A stretch of DNA of 63,887 bases, counting the filler, from Ferroacidibacillus organovorans (lineage in GTDB: Bacteria; Bacillota; Bacilli; Alicyclobacillales; SLC66), in NCBI RefSeq assembly GCF_001642725.1. It is 3 parts of 3 records of this genome, joined end to end, with 100 filler letters (N's around TTAATTAATTAA, not from the genome) between each part and the next. Parts side by side here need not be neighbours in the genome. Positions count along the whole stretch, not along the records: positions 23,280 to 45,697 come from NZ_LSUQ01000041.1; 2 more parts are not named here. One strand, given 5' to 3'. The position numbers were made by a program, and so were the translations under genes. This document shows positions 34,698-43,996 of the stretch, in pieces. The notes beneath the pieces were generated by a model. The model was not told where the DNA came from and did not search any database. It saw only the letters and a list, made by a program, of their open reading frames with translations. Each line of letters begins with the position of its first letter. Position 1 is the first letter of the stretch.

Positions 34698-34875
34698 ACG
34701 GATCTTCTTGTTCCCACGCGTCGCAATACGATTGCGCTTCTTCTGCGGATGAGAATGACGAGAGAATGTGACCTGTCCCGACATGCGCCTCTGTAAAGTC
34801 GGGCAGTTTGATGACACTGTAGTGGTTTCCGAGCTTGCGGATATGGAATTGGCCTTTTTCTGTGTTGTAGAACAT
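34663..34875 (-). CDS. Small hypothetical protein
   Basis: GGAG RBS; 70 aa; fills the gap between neighbours. Confidence 0.55.
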   Translation of the reverse strand: MFYNTEKGQFHIRKLGNHYSVIKLPDFTEAHVGTGHILSSFSSAEEAQSYCDAWEQEDPFTRDQTAPPLS

Positions 34876-35021
34876 TTCTCTCACTCCTGCATGATGTTTT
34901 ATCGCAAAAGATGTACTTGTTCAGCAAAAAATAGTGTACCCTGAAGTAGAATCATGTATGAGATCGATTGACTTTCGCGGGAGTGAGGTGAAGGCATTCG
35001 AACGAGAAAGGATGAAACACA

Positions 35022-35498
35022 TTGGCGATTGATGCACAAACATTTCGCGCGTCGCTGGGACGATTTGCAAGTGGCGTCACCGTCGTGACCACATCGCACG
35101 GAGAACAGCGGGCGGGATTGACGGTGTCTGCATTCAGTTCGGTCTCGCTAGAACCACCGCTCATTCTCGTGTGTATTGATAAGCGATCCTCCGCGATTGA
35201 TCAGATTGACGCGAGTCAGGTGTTTGCCGTTCACATTCTGTCGGAGGCGCAGGTCGATCTTTCCAATCGCTTCGCGTCGCGCAGCGAAGATAAGTTTGCA
35301 GGGCTTGATTTTGAGAAAAGCGCGTTTGGCAATCCTAAATTACCGGACGCGCTCGTATTCCTCGACTGCCGCGTATCGCAAAAGATCGACGCGGGTGATC
35401 ACTTTATCTATGTTGGGCTGATCGAAGAGGCTGAAGTTGCGGAAGAAAAACAGCCGCTCGTGTATTTTTCAGGCGGATACCGTTCGCTTATGGAGTAA
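35022..35498 (+). CDS. Flavin reductase family protein
   Basis: FASGVTVVT, SVSLEPPL, AGDH. Confidence 0.93.
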   Translation: MAIDAQTFRASLGRFASGVTVVTTSHGEQRAGLTVSAFSSVSLEPPLILVCIDKRSSAIDQIDASQVFAVHILSEAQVDLSNRFASRSEDKFAGLDFEKSAFGNPKLPDALVFLDCRVSQKIDAGDHFIYVGLIEEAEVAEEKQPLVYFSGGYRSLME

Positions 35499-35517
35499 AA
35501 CCGGGGGAGGGATCGCA

Positions 35518-36699
35518 ATGTCCATCACGATGAACGAATTGCGTACAAAGACGGATCCGATCGCAGAGAAGGTGGTTGCGTGGCGACGCTATCTGCATGA
35601 GCATCCGGAGGTGTCGTTTCACGAAGAGAATACGTCCCAATACGTCTACGATCAGTTGTGCGCCGTCGACGGATTAACCGTGACAAGACCCACGAAAACG
35701 AGTGTCATGGCGCGCCTTATCGGTGATCGACCAGGACGAGTGCTCGCGATTCGCGCAGATATGGATGCGCTCCCGATCCTTGAAGAAAACACGTTTGACT
35801 TTGTCTCAAAGAATCCTGGCGCCATGCACGCGTGTGGTCACGACGGCCACACCGCGATGCTGTTGGGCACAGCGACCGTGCTCGCTGGTATGCGCGAACA
35901 TATCGCAGGGGAGATTCGCTTTTTGTTTCAGCATGCGGAGGAACTTTTCCCAGGCGGCGCACAGGAGATGGTCGATGCGGGTGTGCTTGAAGGTGTAGAT
36001 CAGGTGATTGGAACGCACCTCTGGGCGAGTCTGCCTTGCGGTCAGATCGCGATCGCGCCAGGCCCTGTCATGGCGGCACCTGACACGTTTACGATCACGA
36101 TTAAAGGGAAGGGCGGTCACGCTGCACACCCTGACCAGACGGTGGACAGTATCGCGATCGGTGCGCAACTCGTGACGAACTTGCAGCATGTCGTCGCGCG
36201 CAACCGCGATCCGCTCAAGCCAATGGTGCTCTCGGTCACCACGTTTCACGCGGGTACGGCGTTTAACGTCATTCCCGACTCGGCCACTCTATCAGGGACT
36301 GTGCGGACGTTTGACGCGTCCCTTCGCGCAGCCGCGCCGGGCATGATGGAGCGGGTGATCCGCGGTGTGACAGATGCGCACGGCGCGAGCTATGAATTCA
36401 AGTATACGAATGGCTATCACCCTGTCGTGAATGATGCAGCGCTCACTGCCCAATTGAAGGCGGCGTTTGTCGAGCAGTTTGGCGATGTGATCGTTCAGGA
36501 TGCGGTGCCGTCGATGGGTGGCGAAGACTTTTCGGCGTATCAGCAAAAGGTGCCGGGATGCTTCTTTTTTATTGGTGCTGGCAACGTAGAAAAAGGCATC
36601 ATCTATCCGCATCACCACCCGAAGTTTACAGTTGATGAAGACGCGCTTCCGGTCGGCGTTCAGTCGTTTGTGACGGCCGTCTTCGCACTGATGGACTGA
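35518..36699 (+). CDS. M20 amidohydrolase
   Basis: RADMDALP, MHACGHDGH, QHAEE, GGEDF, HHHPKF. Confidence 0.93.
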   Translation: MSITMNELRTKTDPIAEKVVAWRRYLHEHPEVSFHEENTSQYVYDQLCAVDGLTVTRPTKTSVMARLIGDRPGRVLAIRADMDALPILEENTFDFVSKNPGAMHACGHDGHTAMLLGTATVLAGMREHIAGEIRFLFQHAEELFPGGAQEMVDAGVLEGVDQVIGTHLWASLPCGQIAIAPGPVMAAPDTFTITIKGKGGHAAHPDQTVDSIAIGAQLVTNLQHVVARNRDPLKPMVLSVTTFHAGTAFNVIPDSATLSGTVRTFDASLRAAAPGMMERVIRGVTDAHGASYEFKYTNGYHPVVNDAALTAQLKAAFVEQFGDVIVQDAVPSMGGEDFSAYQQKVPGCFFFIGAGNVEKGIIYPHHHPKFTVDEDALPVGVQSFVTAVFALMD

Positions 36700-36843
36700 T
36701 TCGTGCGATGCATCTGTGGGCTTTACCCTTTCCATTCGGAAGGGGTTTTTATTTTTTCAGTTGTGACCTTCTCCGCGTTTATGCGAAACGTTTGCGTGCG
36801 TTCTTGCATCGTATAGAACAGGCGGAAAGAGGTGGAACTGTTG

Positions 36844-37589
36844 TGAATGAGTGGGTCAAGCGGTTCATGGATCTCGCGTCACCGCAACAAAAAACGAAAG
36901 ATACGCAGGCAGCCGCGCAGGCGCCTGAATCTGGACAAGGAACCGCGGATGGTTTGGGTGGGCAAGGGATGCACCCCTCATTTTCGCCGTTTGCTACGCA
37001 GGCAGGCGCGACGCCTTTTGCGGCGGGCACTTCGCGGGGTGCGTCGGAACGCCCCTCTGAGGCGAAGACTGCATCCCCGTCGCTCTCGACTATGATTCGC
37101 GAGCGATTGCAAGGATTTTTGCCGAAGAAAGCGGCAGCGCTTTGGCAGGGTGGGTCAAATGGAAAGGGGGAAGGATCGCTCAGACCTGGCGGCTACTCAC
37201 ACCCTCCCCAGATGGGAATGAGGACTGCGGCTCCAGCGCCGCACAATGTTGGAAACGATTTGGCAAACCGGGGAATGTTTGGTTCTCAGCCATCGCAGAT
37301 GCCACCGATGCAGATGCGCGTGCCTGCATCGCGCTTCGCAGATCCTTTTATGCCGCATCCTGGAATGGCGCAACGGAGGACGCCTGTACCTACTCGCTTC
37401 TCTTCGATGCAAGGTCATGGGTTTCAAACGCCAACCGTACGTCCCTATCCGCATGGCCCAGGGATGAATCGATCCGTGAGGTCGCGCATGCCTGGCTATC
37501 CGAATTTTCGGCAATCTTCATCGTTCATCGATCCGTACACAGGGCAGCCGCGCAGACCGCAGCCGCCGATGCCGCCCGGATTCTTCTGA
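36844..37589 (+). CDS. Pro/Gly/Gln/Met-rich low-complexity protein
   Basis: GAGGTGG RBS before GTG 36844; long open frame with disordered composition. Confidence 0.65.
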
Positions 37590-37723
37590 GAGATACGAAA
37601 AACCTGTCGCGCGCGAGGCCTATTGATTTGAAATGGGTGTATGTCAGGGTGCATTTGAACCAAGAGCTACCCAGAGCATCCGCATACGTTGAAGAATGAG
37701 GAATGAAAGGAGGTTTACGCGTA

Positions 37724-38045
37724 ATGTGCACGTATGGTCAATGTCAAAGGGCGGTTGGACAGTGGGTGCAGTTCTCGACACCGTGGGGGGCTCACCATGG
37801 GATTGTGCGTCAGGTGACACAGCAAGGTGTTTTGATGTCGGTGCCACGTACTTATGCGCCGCAGGGACTTGTGAATGGAATGAATTTCTCAGGCAAATCG
37901 GATGAAGAGCGCTTGGATCTCGCGCTCGCCGCATACGGATATGGTCCGGGGATGGGTGGACGTCCCGGTTACGGGGGTGGCTACGGCGCGCCCGGCTATG
38001 GTTGGTGGGGCGGCGGTTGGTGGTGGTGGTGGTTAGCGTTCGCTA
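37724..38045 (+). pseudogene. 5' part of a Gly/Tyr/Trp-rich spore-coat-like gene, probably interrupted at about 38040
   Basis: AAAGGAGG RBS; MCTYGQC...GYGGGYGAPGYGWWGGGWWWWWLAFA, then an abrupt AT-rich run-on antisense to the recombinase 3' end (ORF formally to 38125). Confidence 0.6.
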
Positions 38046-38053
38046 GTTATCTC

Positions 38054-39520
38054 TTATACACCCCCATGAAAATGAATGAGAATGCGATCTGGATAAACGG
38101 TGATTTCTTTTATGATCGTGCGTAGCAGTTCTTTTCTTTCCTGTACCGTTGCAATCCCCCACGTCGCGCGAAATGAGCCTAGAATGGTTTTAAGCGTGGC
38201 GAGATCCAGGGATTTGGCATTCATTTGTTCCAATGCATGAATCTTCTCGGCGAATAGAGTTTCCTTGCTGCGGAGTTCGTTCAAACGATCTTTAAGGACA
38301 TTTGATTCAATATCACCATTTTCAAATGCATTCATCCATCGATTTTTCCGTGAAGTGATTTTTGATATTTCATTACGTAGAGCATCCATTTCAGCCTGAT
38401 CATCTGATCTTAATGTAAACGTCGACATATCACGACTTAAATCCTGATGATACTGTTCTAAGTGTGTCAAAACAGCATTTTCAAGGTGACTCTCTTTTTG
38501 CCGAGGCATATCACAAAGTCCTGAATGGATTCTCTCGACGCATGTATAATAGCGTCTAGGCTCACTTTCCAATTTATTCTTCTTGTATCGCGTATCTCCT
38601 GACATTGAATAGCCACATTTACCACAGCGCAGGATTCCTGTCAACGAATAGGTGCCCGTACCACTTCGACTCGGCATTGTTTTGCGTTTACTTCTTAGTT
38701 CCTGTGCACGATTAAAATTCTCTAGACTAAGAATTGCTTCGTGATTCCCCTCTTCGATCATTGAATTCGTTTGTCTCCTTCCCTTTAGATCTCTGTATCC
38801 ATAACGCACCATGCCGCAGTAAAGCGGGTTTTGTAGAACATATTTTAGATTGTTCAATGTCCATCTTTTATTGGACGCAAGCTGTGGATGCGTAGGATCA
38901 TTGAGCCACTTCAATATCTTGGGTGTGCCGCTTCCTGCCAGATAGCGATCGTAAATTTCTTTAACGATTGCTGCTTCAGCATGATTGATTTTCAGATTTC
39001 CATTGTTGTAATCATATCCAAAAGGTCGATGACCCCCTGACCATTTCCCTTGCCGAGTCATTTCAATCTGTCCCATTTTAGTGCGTTCAGCGAGATTTTC
39101 ACGTTCCCACTGTGCCATCGCCCCGACGAGTGTGATAAAGAGTCGGCCGATCGCCGTTGTCGTATCATACACTTCTGTGGCGCTCCGAAATTTCGTTTGA
39201 TGGCGATCGAAGTAGTCTAGAAGCGTATGGAGATCAGAAACAGAGCGTGTTAGTCGATCTAATTTATAGACAAGCACAATTTTATGATCAGAATGGTCAG
39301 CTTTTAAATCATTGAGCAAGCGCTTTAACTCAGGCCGATCCATGTTTTTGGCGCTGACGCCTTCTTCGATGTAGCTATCTTGGATGACCCAGTCTTGCGA
39401 TAATGCATAGGCCTTTAACCTCTCACGCTGCGCGTCAATCGAATATCCCTCATCAGCCTGTTCATCCGTCGAAACACGTATATAAATACGCGCAAACCAT
39501 GTTTCGCTCATGGCGATCAC
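38054..39520 (-). CDS. Large serine recombinase (boundary integrase)
   Basis: IYIRVSTDEQ, YKLDRLTRS, AQWERE, PFGY, LTGILRCGKCG. Confidence 0.96.
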   Translation of the reverse strand: MIAMSETWFARIYIRVSTDEQADEGYSIDAQRERLKAYALSQDWVIQDSYIEEGVSAKNMDRPELKRLLNDLKADHSDHKIVLVYKLDRLTRSVSDLHTLLDYFDRHQTKFRSATEVYDTTTAIGRLFITLVGAMAQWERENLAERTKMGQIEMTRQGKWSGGHRPFGYDYNNGNLKINHAEAAIVKEIYDRYLAGSGTPKILKWLNDPTHPQLASNKRWTLNNLKYVLQNPLYCGMVRYGYRDLKGRRQTNSMIEEGNHEAILSLENFNRAQELRSKRKTMPSRSGTGTYSLTGILRCGKCGYSMSGDTRYKKNKLESEPRRYYTCVERIHSGLCDMPRQKESHLENAVLTHLEQYHQDLSRDMSTFTLRSDDQAEMDALRNEISKITSRKNRWMNAFENGDIESNVLKDRLNELRSKETLFAEKIHALEQMNAKSLDLATLKTILGSFRATWGIATVQERKELLRTIIKEITVYPDRILIHFHGGV

Positions 39521-39561
39521 CCTAATTTTGAAGTTGGCCTCTGAAAAATAAATAGGACAGA

Positions 39562-39590
39562 CACAGAAAAAGTGATCGCAGCATACGATA
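39562..39590 (+). promoter_or_regulatory. Sigma-K type promoter
   Basis: CACA (39562-39565) - 16 nt - CATACGATA (39582-39590) fits the B. subtilis sigma-K consensus ACA-N16-CATANNNTA. Confidence 0.65.
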
Positions 39591-39618
39591 CGTTAATGCC
39601 TGAACCTTAGTGGGGAGC

Positions 39619-39786
39619 GTGATCGTGTTGGATAACAATACATGTATATATCTTGTTATCCAGGCGAATTCCCCCTCGGAAGAAGCACTTATGCGTTTCA
39701 ACGAAGAAATTCGCCGCATTATCGAACGCGCCATTCAAGATGGGCGAATTGCTACCCATGATCTTATTGATTCCAAAACGCCGTAG
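39619..39786 (+). CDS. 55-aa protein, candidate recombination directionality factor
   Basis: GGGGAG RBS; MIVLDNNTCIYLVIQANSPSEEALMRFNEEIRRIIERAIQDGRIATHDLIDSKTP; divergent from integrase; below ORF-track cutoff. Confidence 0.6.
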   Translation: MIVLDNNTCIYLVIQANSPSEEALMRFNEEIRRIIERAIQDGRIATHDLIDSKTP

Positions 39787-39932
39787 TTATACTAAAGATT
39801 TATAATTCCGCCAACTACGTTGGACAAGCTTATAAAAAACAATGCCCAAAAGGATTTCCTCTTACCTATCTTAGTGGCTGACGATTTGAGATACGACAGG
39901 AAATCCCTAACTTTACTTGGGCAAAAGTCCAC

Positions 39933-39972
39933 ATAAAAAAGCAGATGCCATGGATGATGATGCGGCATCTGC
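39933..39972 (-). terminator. Terminator downstream of XRE gene
   Basis: GCAGATGCC / GGCATCTGC stem with T tract on the minus strand. Confidence 0.65.
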
Positions 39973-40072
39973 GTGATGAATCTTTTAAAATCGTGATTTC
40001 ATAGGGTGAAACGGGAAGATAACGATAGGTTAAACCTCATACGGGTGTGAAGATCATTCGTGAACGTGTTCA

Positions 40073-40300
40073 TCATGATTCGGATGGGGGCATTTGTTCG
40101 AAACTAATTTTCAGCATGACGTCGAGTGCGGTGGTGATTTTTTCAAGGCTCTCCAAGCTTACATTACCGATTCCACGTTCAATCATACCGACATATCGTT
40201 TTGAAAGTCCTGACGCTTGTGCCAAGGTCTCTTGGCTCATGCGCTGTTTGGTGCGGAGTTGACGAATTCTCATCCCCACTTCTCGACATAAATCACTCAG
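40073..40300 (-). CDS. XRE family helix-turn-helix regulator (possible CTG start)
   Basis: IRQLR...MSQETLA...YVGMIERG..NVSL; GAGGTG RBS 7 nt before CTG at 40300. Confidence 0.88.
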   Translation of the reverse strand: MSDLCREVGMRIRQLRTKQRMSQETLAQASGLSKRYVGMIERGIGNVSLESLEKITTALDVMLKISFEQMPPSES

Positions 40301-40439
40301 ACGGGTTCACCTCGATTTATATGGATGGATCTATGGTAAAAGCTTATCATCTGTCTCTTAAAAATTCATGCATGACGGATAACTATAGTGCATATACCGA
40401 AAATCCTTTGGACACCATGTACGCCAAGGGAGTGAAGGG

Positions 40440-40604
40440 ATGGAGAGGAATCGAATTCGTGTTCGCTCGATTCAATATGTGTACGATCCAAAGGCCGGTC
40501 GTCTGTGGCTGGATGTGTTAGCGCAAGCGCTCTATCGCTCGTGTCAAGATCATAAAATGGATACAAAGCACGAGCCCAACGAGGATGTGAATCCATGCGA
40601 ATGA
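40440..40604 (+). CDS. 54-aa protein coupled to tandem recombinases
   Basis: GGGAG RBS; MERNRIRVRSIQYVYDPKAGRLWLDVLAQALYRSCQDHKMDTKHEPNEDVNPCE; stop overlaps the recombinase start region (ATGA 40601-40604). Confidence 0.6.
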   Translation: MERNRIRVRSIQYVYDPKAGRLWLDVLAQALYRSCQDHKMDTKHEPNEDVNPCE

Positions 40605-42130
40605 CGGTGGCGTATTACCGAAGTTCTCTCGAACAACAGGAAAATTCCGTTCCGATGCAAAAGGACAACGCAAAACTTTATGCACAAAAGCACGGAATGA
40701 CCCTTCAAGATCACTACGACGATGAGGGGAAGTCGGCACGAAAAAAATCAGAGATCGAACGGCCCGCGATGCATCGATTGCGACAGGACATCCGCTCTAA
40801 TTTAATTGGGACGATTATTGTCTATAAACGGGATCGTCTGGCGCGAAGAGCGAGTGAGTACATGGAATTTTATCGTCTGTGCCGCAAATTTGACGTGAAG
40901 ATCATTTTTACGTCTGGAAAGGAATACCCGGTGTTTTACTCACCGTTCGGGGAATTCATTGAACTCATTTACGCGGGAATTATTGAGCGTGAGGCGGAAG
41001 TAATCGTTGAGCGTCTACGTGAAACGCAAATCACGAATTTCGTGAACAAGAAGACGGTGGGAAATCTACCGTATGGCCTGGTGGCGATTGAAGGGAAACA
41101 AGATAAACCGGAGATTCATTTTCAGTCAGACGAGGTAAAGGAAGAGATCAAAGGGATTTATTCGGACTTTCTCCAGTGGTCGACTACGCGAGGGGAGCAA
41201 AAATTCTCTGCCTTTGTTCAGCTGCAAAATGAGAGACATCCGAGACGGGAGCGCTTGGAATCCGAGGAGGAGGAGATAGAATACGATGAAGGAGGCGCTA
41301 AGGAACCAAACGCCAGATGGACCGATACCAATTTGCGTGGTCTTTTGACGAATTCACTCTACATGGGAAAACATCGCAAAACATGGGAGGATCAAATGTA
41401 CGAAGTGGATCGGCCTGAGTGCGCGATCATTTCTCCTGAAGCATGGGAAGCGACGAATCAAGCGATGAAGCCGTTTCTTGCGGTTCAACATGAAACCAAG
41501 AAACGAGAATTTGTTCTTGAGGGATTGATCGTTTGTGAATTTTGCAAACATCCTCTCGTGGGGAGAACATCGTGGCGAAAACAGGAACCGATGGATGGGT
41601 ATTATTGTCCCACCAAAACGTGTCCTGTGCGTATCTCCGCAACGAAATGTGAGGAAAAAATTGATGAAGAAGTCGTGGGGTTTCTGTCCATCCTCCTAAA
41701 GGAGAATGGGGATGCATTGTATCGGGAGGTGATGGCAGAGGAACGCAGGCGAATTAAAGCGGAGATGGAGAAGCTTCAACATCAGCGGACGATTCTACAG
41801 ACGCGTTTAAAGAAGGATGTATCGCAGTATATGCAAACGCGCGTGAGTATGCCTGAGATTTTTCAAACGAAAACGAATCTCGACAATCTCCATCATACGA
41901 TGCACAGACTGGAGGCAGAACTTCGTTCATTGCATGCGTTTCCGCTGGGGACAAAGCGGCGAAACATCCGCATTCAAGATCTAAAGATCGAGCTGAAGCA
42001 AGGGTCGGCCGTGCGTCGGCGAGAACTACTCGCGGATCTCCTTTTGGAAGTGCGGGTCAGCAAAAATACGATCGAGGCTCTTGTGTTTCGCCACCCATTT
42101 CAAAAGGTGGTGTCCCATGTCTCTTCATGA
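40595..42130 (+). CDS. Large serine recombinase (first of tandem pair)
   Basis: VAYYRSS, YKRDRLAR, LPYG, LEGLIVCEFC...YYCPTKTC, coiled coil. Confidence 0.9.
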   Translation: MRMTVAYYRSSLEQQENSVPMQKDNAKLYAQKHGMTLQDHYDDEGKSARKKSEIERPAMHRLRQDIRSNLIGTIIVYKRDRLARRASEYMEFYRLCRKFDVKIIFTSGKEYPVFYSPFGEFIELIYAGIIEREAEVIVERLRETQITNFVNKKTVGNLPYGLVAIEGKQDKPEIHFQSDEVKEEIKGIYSDFLQWSTTRGEQKFSAFVQLQNERHPRRERLESEEEEIEYDEGGAKEPNARWTDTNLRGLLTNSLYMGKHRKTWEDQMYEVDRPECAIISPEAWEATNQAMKPFLAVQHETKKREFVLEGLIVCEFCKHPLVGRTSWRKQEPMDGYYCPTKTCPVRISATKCEEKIDEEVVGFLSILLKENGDALYREVMAEERRRIKAEMEKLQHQRTILQTRLKKDVSQYMQTRVSMPEIFQTKTNLDNLHHTMHRLEAELRSLHAFPLGTKRRNIRIQDLKIELKQGSAVRRRELLADLLLEVRVSKNTIEALVFRHPFQKVVSHVSS

Positions 42131-43643
42131 AATCATGGAACGTTTGAGGCAGCCGGATACGCTTTTGCGTGCCGCGTTTTATGGCCGTCATTCGACCAAG
42201 AATCAAGAAATGATGATGCAAGAGAATACCGCCGAGCGATTTTGCAAGAAGTATGGTTGTGAAATCGTGGAAAAATACCTCGATCCGGATGTATCGGCTA
42301 CGAAAGTGAAAATGACCCAACGCAAAGCGTTGTTGCGGATGATCAATGATGCGAGTGATGGCAAATTTGATGTCATCCTTGTGTACAGTGACAGTCGTTT
42401 GGCGCGTGATCCGATTGAACATGCTCAAATCCGCATCGCTTTGCGGGGCATCCCTGTCTTTCTGTGTGACACCGAAACCTTGTACAATCCCAAGAATGTG
42501 GAAATTTTAACGCAATTGATCCGCGATGGCGTTTCCAAATTTGAAGTGGATCAGACCTCGGAACGAACCCGGGATACGTTTCTTTACATGGTGAAACACG
42601 GTGAAGCGATCAATGGCAGGTTGCCCTACGGGTATGTAAAACGGGAGGGTCGTTTTGTTATTGAATCTTTTCAACAAGCCGAACACATTCGGTCCATTTT
42701 TATGTGGTATTCAAACGGCGACGGATTCTCGGCGATCGCGAAACGCCTGGGGTGGCTCAAAGCGGATCGCGTCACACCAAATAAAGAGCGGGTCAAGTCG
42801 ATTGTCTTGAATCCCTTTTATGCCGGTTATCGTAGCATGGACAAAGTCAAAAAGAAGGCGCGCATGAGCTTTCAACCGCTCGCGCAGTGGATCATGGGTT
42901 CCGATCCTCACATCGAGCCGGTACTTTCGTTTGAAGAGTGGAGAACGTGCTACGATCTGTATGAGAAAAAACAGAAAAGGGAAATCGCGCCGAAGACTTT
43001 TAAGACACCGTTTCTATTGGCGGGGCTTCTCGTCTGTGGAGATTGCAGGAAAAGAGGGATGGAAAACTTTTTGCGCGGCCAAAATCGCCAAACACGCTCA
43101 ACATTTGGAAGGACAGGATCTCGGTATTATGAATGTCCGGAATGCAGACTCTGCATGGACATGGGGGCATTGCATCAAATTCTGATCGATGACGTTTTTC
43201 ATCCGTGGGTCTCGAAAAATGAGCGGCAGTGGGAGACGGCGGTCGAACGGGTGAAAGAAAAGATCGATCACGAGAAAGCGGCGTTGGCGGCGGCGATCGA
43301 ACATGCAGAAATCAAGATCGTAAAGGATCAATTGGAGCACGAGGTTGCGCGCGATCACCAGAAAGGTCTCGATAATGCCAGTGAACTGTGGGGTGTGATG
43401 GACGAATACTGCCGTGTGCTCAAGGAACAGATGGACAAAACGCGAGAAGAGCAGGATGAATTAAAGCAGATGCAGCGACGCCTAAACGCGTGGGTCACCG
43501 ATGAGAGCGCACTGCGAGAGGTGCGCTTGGATCTCTTGAACGAACAAGATTTCCGCAGGCTGACGCTTGCGTTGATTACCGAGGTAGTGGCGACATCGGT
43601 TGAGGATCAAACGATTGAACTGGATGTCGTAGGTCGATGGTAG
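42117..43643 (+). CDS. Large serine recombinase (second of tandem pair)
   Basis: AAFYGRHST, SRLARD, LPYGY, LNPFYAG, LLAGLLVCGDC...YECPEC; overlaps upstream gene by 14 nt. Confidence 0.9.
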   Translation: MSLHEIMERLRQPDTLLRAAFYGRHSTKNQEMMMQENTAERFCKKYGCEIVEKYLDPDVSATKVKMTQRKALLRMINDASDGKFDVILVYSDSRLARDPIEHAQIRIALRGIPVFLCDTETLYNPKNVEILTQLIRDGVSKFEVDQTSERTRDTFLYMVKHGEAINGRLPYGYVKREGRFVIESFQQAEHIRSIFMWYSNGDGFSAIAKRLGWLKADRVTPNKERVKSIVLNPFYAGYRSMDKVKKKARMSFQPLAQWIMGSDPHIEPVLSFEEWRTCYDLYEKKQKREIAPKTFKTPFLLAGLLVCGDCRKRGMENFLRGQNRQTRSTFGRTGSRYYECPECRLCMDMGALHQILIDDVFHPWVSKNERQWETAVERVKEKIDHEKAALAAAIEHAEIKIVKDQLEHEVARDHQKGLDNASELWGVMDEYCRVLKEQMDKTREEQDELKQMQRRLNAWVTDESALREVRLDLLNEQDFRRLTLALITEVVATSVEDQTIELDVVGRW

Positions 43644-43858
43644 GGTATATTCTGCGATGATGTTGAATCGGGGGGCAGAATGAGAGTGGGGGTGTTCTGA
43701 GAATAGATCGTTTGTAAATGACGAGAGGTTTTCGTGTCATTTTAATGAAAATGGAGAGAATACGCCGCCATTTCTTCTTCAGCTTTGTTGCCTTGGAGAA
43801 CGGCAATTCATACTAGTGTAACGATGAATAGCCATGCAGCACTCAGGTTGCACCGCTA

Positions 43859-43884
43859 TTGCAGATAAGCACCCGATAGTTGAA
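43859..43884 (-). repeat. Candidate recombination site, downstream end of nuclease cassette
   Basis: Minus strand TTCAACTAT-CGGGTGCT-TATCTGCAA; same TT-N7-CGGG-N11-AA geometry as 45310-45335. Confidence 0.65.
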
Positions 43885-43886
43885 TA

Positions 43887-43912
43887 ACAGCAGGGGCAAT
43901 TTGCTCTTGCTG
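43887..43912 (-). terminator. Hairpin closing the nuclease cassette
   Basis: ACAGCAAGAGCAA / TTGCCCCTGCTGT stem on the minus strand directly abutting the 26-bp site. Confidence 0.65.
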
Positions 43913-43996
43913 TGTAGCTGAAAAATTACGGTTTGGTCACCACCAACATTATTTCGATGGCATTAATTGTAATTTCCTTACATACGAAACCCTCAG

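Noticed and set aside
43649..43681. ATTCTGC...GCAGAAT inverted repeat with CGGG after the third recombinase
   Set aside because: Spacing does not fit the 26-bp cassette site; too short to call
43576..43806. 76-aa minus-strand ORF in the island
   Set aside because: No RBS or recognisable motif; overlaps the recombinase
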